Part shown: piece by piece, positions 6,570-11,395 of the stretch
Layout of the letters: the number at the start of each line of letters is the position of its first letter
How positions within the stretch are numbered: position 1 is the first letter of the stretch
Source of the DNA: a bacterium
Lineage (GTDB): Bacteria; RBG-13-61-14; DATKZS01
Length of the DNA stretch: 11,395 nt
Assembly: GCA_046484135.1 (NCBI GenBank)
Contig: JAWOBU010000198.1
Span: 1-11,395, forward strand
Reading direction: 5' to 3'
Position numbers and translations under genes: made by a program
Notes under the pieces: generated by a model
Database searches by the model: none
The model's input: only the letters and a program-made list of their open reading frames with translations
Told to the model about the DNA's origin: nothing

Positions 6570-8933
6570 TCATGTCCCGCTTTTCATTCCCAGAAAAGGA
6601 AACGACACAGCGGCCACGAAGTAGAGTACCGCTCCCATGAGCATGATGTTGTGGATGCCGGCCATGGGCAGGAGCAGGTTGAAGGCTGCGACGGCGAAGG
6701 AGCCGGCGGCGCAGTTAACCGCGAAAAAGATTGCCGCGCTTTTGGGGGAGGTTGCGGTTTTGGTTTTGTTGAGTCCTTGCGGGAAAGGCAGTCCCAGCGC
6801 CAGGCAGAGCGGAGCGAGGAACGCAAAGGACACCAGGGACCGGGCGACGAGCGAGGGCCTGCTTGCCGCGGCGAGAAGGGGGTCTATCCCGAAGAAGTAG
6901 ACAAGAGCCAGGACGCCGGCGAGCACGATGACTGCGACGCGGGCCCTTTCCGGCACTCGGTCGCTCAAGCGCGATCCGATCCCTCCCAGGATGAGGAACG
7001 TGGTTATCACCAGGGACAGGCTCAAGGTGGGCGATCCCACGAACAGGTTGATCTTCTGCAGGAGCGTGGTCTGCAGGAACATGTAGCCTACCCCGATGGC
7101 AAGGAAAAACGCCATGCCCGTCCAGGTGCCGGCCGTTTTCAAAAGCCTCCCTTTCCACAGCGTGTAAGTAAGCGGAGCGGCCACGGCGAGAAGGAGCACC
7201 GCCATGAACAGGGCGAAGTAGGCCCAGTGGAAGACCAGGCTCCGGTCGAAAAGGTAAAACAGGGGCCGGTCGTCGGTGGTGGGCGAGATGTCGTACGGAA
7301 GCGACTCGAGGTGCGAGTCGAGGTCCGGCGCGGTTACGATCTCGTGGAAAGGCGAGGACACGGATTCCCTGCCGGGCGCGTGATACACGTTCAAGGGAGG
7401 TTTCACCAGCTCGACCATGCTCGAGACCTGCTCGTCTGTAAACGGCGTTTTGGAGATGAGGAAGTACCCGAGGTACTGGTCGGGCTGCCCTTCCATGCCC
7501 ACGATGAAAATATGGGAGGCCGGGTCTTTCACGCCCTGGTGCTCGAGCATGGACCGGGCGGTGGCCGCGATCCGGAAGAGGTCCTTGTTCCAGGCCGCGC
7601 TTCTCACCCACTTCTGGACGGTGATGAGCCCGCCGGGCTTCAAGTGATGGAAGTATTGGGAAAAGGCCTCCCGGGTGTACAGGTAATTCTCCATGAAGAT
7701 GTCGGAGTTGCGGAAGGGCACGTACAGGTCGGCAAAGGCGAGGTGGATGAGGTCGAACTTCTCGTCGGATATCTGCACGTAGGTCCGGCCGTCCATGCAC
7801 AGTACATGCGCCTGGTCGTAAACGCCTCCGGAAGCCTCGTAGAGCGGGCCCTCCATGAGCTCGATGACACCGGGGTTTATCTCGACCGCCACGATGCGGG
7901 AGGCGTCGTGATACGCGGCGCGGGCGATGTCAACTCCGCCGCCGGGACCGATGACCAGGACCTCGGGCTCTTCCAGAAGGCTGTAGGGAGGAAGGTCGGA
8001 GAACTCCATGTCCGGCTCGGCCACGTTGGACCACAGATGGTCCATGTAATAGAGCTTGATGGGCGTTGATAAAGTGGAGCGCACGTCCTTTCTAAATGCC
8101 GGGTCCTCGATGTCCTCCCAGCCGCCTTCGAAAAAGCGGGTGGTTACGTCATAGTCCGGAAGCAGAACAGCGTCCACCCGGGCCACCAGGTTCTTGGAGA
8201 CGCCCAGCCGCTTCGCGCCCGGCTCCTTGACCGCGCGGAAGGCGTAAGAGAGGGCATCGGCGCGGCGCGACTCCGGCACCCGGTCGGCGCTGATAAGATA
8301 CGCCAGGTCTATCCTGCCGGTGGTCGCGTTATAGGCGAGGCCGCCGCCGCAAATGACCGCGGCTATGATCGCGAGTGCCTTTGTCCTCTTTCCGCCGCCT
8401 ATCAGCAACGCCGCCAGCGCCGCCACCAGCGCGCCTGCCATTAGCTCGTTCTCTTCCCCCACCATGGAGTGAAAAGCGAAGACCGAACCCGCGCCCGCGG
8501 CTGACCCCAGCAGGTTCACGAAGTAAACCCTGGCAGGCGCAAGGTCCACGAACGCCCGGCTTAAGTACATGCTGATGAGACAGAAAGGCACTGCCAGGAA
8601 GATGACCCGCACCGGCCAGCCCGGCACCAGCACCGACACCATGAACCCCAGAAGAATGGCGAAGGGAAGGAGGGACAAAGCGAGCCGGAGCATGCGGTCC
8701 GCGCTCTCCCGGCCGTGCAGCCGGTAGTAGAGGATGCCGCCCACCGCCAGGCCCAGCATGACAATGGCGATGATGGTGGTGGCCCCGCTCCGGTCGGGAA
8801 GATACAAAAGCACCAGCGGAAAAACCAGCTCGATCTGGAGCATGACCGCGGAGAGCAGAAACACCACCGGAAGTGATATGGGAGACCGCGCCGGAGTGGA
8901 ACTCTCTCTATTATAGGGGGAATTGATAGCCAT
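6570..8933 (-). CDS. Large membrane protein with a central spermidine-synthase-like class I SAM-binding domain
   Basis: Multiple N-terminal TM helices, then VLVIGPGGGVDI, IVAVEINP, DGRTYV, KFDLIHL, ENYLYTREAF...HLKPGG, PTTDDRPLFY, then multiple C-terminal TM helices (IGVGYMFLQ...LGLPFPQGL). The start is uncertain: ATG 8933 chosen, TTG 8975 in the ORF track. Confidence 0.88.
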   Translation of the reverse strand: MAINSPYNRESSTPARSPISLPVVFLLSAVMLQIELVFPLVLLYLPDRSGATTIIAIVMLGLAVGGILYYRLHGRESADRMLRLALSLLPFAILLGFMVSVLVPGWPVRVIFLAVPFCLISMYLSRAFVDLAPARVYFVNLLGSAAGAGSVFAFHSMVGEENELMAGALVAALAALLIGGGKRTKALAIIAAVICGGGLAYNATTGRIDLAYLISADRVPESRRADALSYAFRAVKEPGAKRLGVSKNLVARVDAVLLPDYDVTTRFFEGGWEDIEDPAFRKDVRSTLSTPIKLYYMDHLWSNVAEPDMEFSDLPPYSLLEEPEVLVIGPGGGVDIARAAYHDASRIVAVEINPGVIELMEGPLYEASGGVYDQAHVLCMDGRTYVQISDEKFDLIHLAFADLYVPFRNSDIFMENYLYTREAFSQYFHHLKPGGLITVQKWVRSAAWNKDLFRIAATARSMLEHQGVKDPASHIFIVGMEGQPDQYLGYFLISKTPFTDEQVSSMVELVKPPLNVYHAPGRESVSSPFHEIVTAPDLDSHLESLPYDISPTTDDRPLFYLFDRSLVFHWAYFALFMAVLLLAVAAPLTYTLWKGRLLKTAGTWTGMAFFLAIGVGYMFLQTTLLQKINLFVGSPTLSLSLVITTFLILGGIGSRLSDRVPERARVAVIVLAGVLALVYFFGIDPLLAAASRPSLVARSLVSFAFLAPLCLALGLPFPQGLNKTKTATSPKSAAIFFAVNCAAGSFAVAAFNLLLPMAGIHNIMLMGAVLYFVAAVSFPFLGMKSGT

Positions 8934-9135
8934 TAACCGGTTGACCTTGAAACTCGACTTCTTCCAACCTCTCAACTATAAACGCTTCAGCCGGACAGGG
9001 CAAACCGAAATCCGCGGGAAGAAAAAACGCAGTTTAGGAGGTCCGCTGAAGTAAGGTGCTGAAATGCAAAGGACCGATCCTGAAAAACAGGCCGCCATGA
9101 TTTTACATAATCTGGGGGTTGGTTGAAAAACGGTC

Positions 9136-9164
9136 TTGACTTCTTTATCCAGGGGGTATAGTCT
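9136..9164 (+). promoter_or_regulatory. Sigma70-type promoter
   Basis: TTGACT-17 nt-TAGTCT, with an overlapping TATAGT at 15-nt spacing. Confidence 0.5.
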
Positions 9165-9192
9165 ATACGGAAATCGGGGATCATGAGTATCC

Positions 9193-9309
9193 ATGGCAAA
9201 ATGGATTAATCCGTACCGAGCCGATACAGCTCACTTGGAGCAATTGACGGGACAGGAGAGCTCATTGCAAGGCACGGGGTTCATCTACTACATATCGGGG
9301 CTTAGATAA
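9193..9309 (+). CDS. Candidate 38-aa small ORF
   Basis: MAKWINPYRADTAHLEQLTGQESSLQGTGFIYYISGLR* sits just downstream of the 9136 promoter. The SD is weak and I recognise no homology. Confidence 0.2.
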   Translation: MAKWINPYRADTAHLEQLTGQESSLQGTGFIYYISGLR

Positions 9310-9509
9310 AGGGCTACATTTCTTATAACCAACTTTTTAACAAGTAATTTTCCGGATTAGCCACAGGTTATGGTAAAAAGGGAAGACATGACTCCATCAT
9401 TTTTAATGTTTTGCGCTCAAGTTCCGGGCCGACATAAATCCGCCGGCTTTAAAAGAGGCCCAAAACCGCAACTATCCGGTTAAGAAGAATTTGCAAAAGG
9501 AGAAAGAAA

Positions 9510-10193
9510 ATGAAAAATCTGTTTCGGGCAATAACTCTGGCGGGTATCATGGTTCTTGTTGTTGCCTGCGCTCCCAAAAAAGACGTCAATCCCGACCTGC
9601 TCGACACTCCCGGCTACACCAGGACGGACAACAACCTCCACCAGATAGACGGCCCCCCGCCCGGCACAGAAGACGCCTTCCGGCTCTATCGCAGCGGGGC
9701 CCCTCCGCAAGAGACCTTTGCCAAGTGGTGCAAAGAGCTCGGCATCAAAAGGGCCATTGTAATGAGCGGCGACGCCGAGGAGTACGAGCTGGCCTACCAG
9801 GACGAGGGCATCTGCCCGGGAGTCGAGGTCATCTACAACGTGAAGCAGGACCACAACCAGCCCGTGTCCGACGGTTTCCTGAAGTGGTTCGACAAACAGA
9901 TCGAGAAAGCCCGGCAGGACAAGGTGGGCATCCTTTTCCGCTGTTACACCGGCAGTCACCGGGCCGGCCGGCTGGCGGCCTATTACCAGATGAAGTACCA
10001 AGGCCTGAACTCCGACGAGGCCATCGCGGTCATGACCCACAAGGGCATGATGATGTCGCTATTCAACATCGTGCTCATTCCCCAGGTCCGGGCCATGGAG
10101 GACTACATCCAGGGCCGTCCCTGCGGCGAGATCGAACGGATGTGCGTGGAGAAGAACTCCGACAAATGGATGCCGAAGGACCGGGGGCTGTAA
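9510..10193 (+). CDS. Lipoprotein of the protein-tyrosine/dual-specificity (CX5R) phosphatase superfamily
   Basis: SD AAGGAG at 9497-9502; signal peptide with lipobox VVAC (Cys20); LYRSGAP, LGIKRAI, P-loop ILFRCYTGSHRAGRLAAYYQM and the following xxEAIxxM helix. Confidence 0.85.
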   Translation: MKNLFRAITLAGIMVLVVACAPKKDVNPDLLDTPGYTRTDNNLHQIDGPPPGTEDAFRLYRSGAPPQETFAKWCKELGIKRAIVMSGDAEEYELAYQDEGICPGVEVIYNVKQDHNQPVSDGFLKWFDKQIEKARQDKVGILFRCYTGSHRAGRLAAYYQMKYQGLNSDEAIAVMTHKGMMMSLFNIVLIPQVRAMEDYIQGRPCGEIERMCVEKNSDKWMPKDRGL

Positions 10194-10216
10194 CGCCATA
10201 GAAGACTTTTTCCGCA

Positions 10217-11029
10217 TCACGACAGGTCCACCAGCGGCGAAATCCGGTCAATGGACTCCCGGACCGCCTTTTCCAGGTCCACCTCCATGTGGATGGCTCC
10301 GGTCGGACAGGCTTCAACGCAGCGGCCGCATCCCCGGCACTCGGAGCTTATCACCGCCTGCTCGCCCTCCATATGAACGGCCCCTACAAAACAGGTGTCC
10401 ACGCACTCGCCGCAGCCGGTGCACTCGTCCGTAACCTCCACCTCGACCCCCGGCATCCGCGAGACATTGGCGCTTATGGCAGGGTCGAAGTAGGGCACGG
10501 CCCGCCACAGGCAACAGCAGGGGCAGCAGTTGCACACGGTAAGCAGCTTCTCTTTGGGGCTTACCCACAACCACACCGAGTCGAGCTTGTTCCTGCCGAT
10601 CACGTGAACAAGGCCGGCCTCCCGCGCCTTTTGCACGTGCTCTCTGGCTTCCTCTCGCGTAACCTCGCGGCCCAGCGCCGGGTTGATGTCCCGCGCCGCC
10701 TCCCCCATGAAAAGACAGCCGACCTCAACCGGGTAGTCCGAGCAGCCGTTCGAAACACGGCAGATGCACTCGTTCATGATCCACAGGTACCCGGCCCGGT
10801 CTATGAAGTGGTCCACCACCGCGGAGGGGAGCACCAGGTCCGGCGCGGTGTCCACCTGTCTTTCCACCTTTAACGTGGACTCGCGCGGCAGGTAGATCAT
10901 GCGGTCGTCCTCGAAAAGAGCCCGCTCCAAGACCCGGCCCAAAACCGGCACCCGCGTCGCCCTGGCCGCGGTAAAAAGCCACGGAAACGACCTCTTGATA
11001 AGCTTGACCATCCATAAAGGAAGCGCCAT
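10217..11029 (-). CDS. 4Fe-4S binding protein with an extra Cys-rich N-terminal domain
   Basis: C-terminal CTGCGECVDTC and CRGCGRCVEACP ferredoxin motifs; upstream CICR-x4-C, GCLFMG and CNCCPCCC motifs; 18 Cys in total. Confidence 0.92.
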   Translation of the reverse strand: MALPLWMVKLIKRSFPWLFTAARATRVPVLGRVLERALFEDDRMIYLPRESTLKVERQVDTAPDLVLPSAVVDHFIDRAGYLWIMNECICRVSNGCSDYPVEVGCLFMGEAARDINPALGREVTREEAREHVQKAREAGLVHVIGRNKLDSVWLWVSPKEKLLTVCNCCPCCCLWRAVPYFDPAISANVSRMPGVEVEVTDECTGCGECVDTCFVGAVHMEGEQAVISSECRGCGRCVEACPTGAIHMEVDLEKAVRESIDRISPLVDLS

Positions 11030-11079
11030 TTTTAATCAACCTTTCCCGGAAATCCGTCTCGACTCATCGCCCAAACAAT

Positions 11080-11108
11080 AGTATATCACCCCGGCCCACC
11101 GCCGGGAA
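11080..11108 (-). promoter_or_regulatory. Sigma70-type promoter for the 4Fe-4S gene
   Basis: Minus strand reads TTCCCG-17 nt-TATACT with an extended -10 (TGa TATACT). Confidence 0.5.
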
Positions 11109-11153
11109 ACCGGATGCCGCCTGAGGTGACTGCTGCATTCCCTGACCCTTTCC

Positions 11154-11182
11154 TTGCGGATCCATCGCGTCAAGACTACAAT
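11154..11182 (+). promoter_or_regulatory. Sigma70-type promoter for the hisF-like gene
   Basis: TTGCGG-17 nt-TACAAT, divergent from the 11080-11108 promoter. Confidence 0.5.
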
Positions 11183-11351
11183 GTTCTCGGCGGGCGGTGA
11201 TTCCCGCCAAACATTTTACCGGATTAATCTTCTGCTTTTATGCGAATGCTTTGTGGCGGCTCAGGCCGCTCGCGTAAGAGAGCTTGCAGGTATTGCATCA
11301 ATTTTAAAGAGAGCTACAGGCTTATGCCGGTAGAGGGGAAGGGAGGATCAG

Positions 11352-11395
11352 ATGGCGGAGACGGTAAAGCTCATGCCCTGTTTGGACATGCAGGA
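11352..11395 (+). CDS. hisF: N-terminus of imidazole glycerol phosphate synthase cyclase subunit (partial)
   Basis: SD GGGAGG at 11341-11346, then MAETVKLMPCLDMQ, matching the HisF first-strand motif (K/R)I(I/M)PCLD. Only 14 codons are visible. Confidence 0.7.
   Translation, partial: MAETVKLMPCLDMQ

Noticed and set aside
6651..8069. 472-aa antisense ORF and 361-aa alternative-frame ORF within the SAM-fold gene
   Set aside because: These are codon-bias shadows with no recognisable domain or RBS.
8998..9060. GGGCAAACCGAAA...ACGCAG as a c-di-GMP-I riboswitch
   Set aside because: It lacks the paired GAAA-tetraloop P2 stem, the GACGCAAAGC junction and the P3 receptor.
9036..9126. AGGAGGT at 9036-9042 and the 20-aa ORF 9064-9126 (MQRTDPEKQAAMILHNLGVG)
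   Set aside because: The strong SD is too far from the ATG, the ORF is very short, and nothing else supports it.
8976..9199. Two minus-strand ORFs of about 70 aa upstream of the SAM-fold gene
   Set aside because: They overlap each other and the promoter region, with no SD or motif.
11240..11277. Short ORF MRMLCGGSGRSR as a his attenuator leader peptide
   Set aside because: It has no His codons and no downstream terminator with a U-tract.
1..11395. Recoded TGA (selenocysteine or alternative code), CRISPR array, tRNA or rRNA
   Set aside because: TGA ends several complete genes at expected lengths and Trp is TGG. I saw no regularly spaced repeats or cloverleaf/rRNA-like segments.

Overview
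GC-rich bacterial chromosomal window using the standard genetic code; the gene content resembles anaerobic deltaproteobacteria (inference). In order: a partial GT4 glycosyltransferase (-); a DUF2442 gene with a 5'-truncated DUF4160 partner (-); a probable operon of LysE transporter, two Dpp/Opp/Nik-type ABC permeases, a small membrane ORF, pgi and a secreted hypothetical protein (+); a 284-bp convergent intergenic region with a possible IS end and three REP-like hairpin repeats; a large membrane-bound spermidine-synthase-like SAM-fold protein (-); a CX5R phosphatase lipoprotein (+); a Cys-rich 4Fe-4S protein (-); and the first 14 codons of a probable hisF (+). I see no CRISPR array, RNA gene, intact mobile element or clearly new multi-gene system. 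The best leads are the REP-like family with an unusual GTRC 5' tetranucleotide and stem covariation, the exported phosphatase with a Siw14/PFA-DSP-like active-site loop, the decayed DUF4160/DUF2442 module, and a near-leaderless uORF overlapping the glycosyltransferase start. All family calls come from motif recognition by eye; no searches were run.
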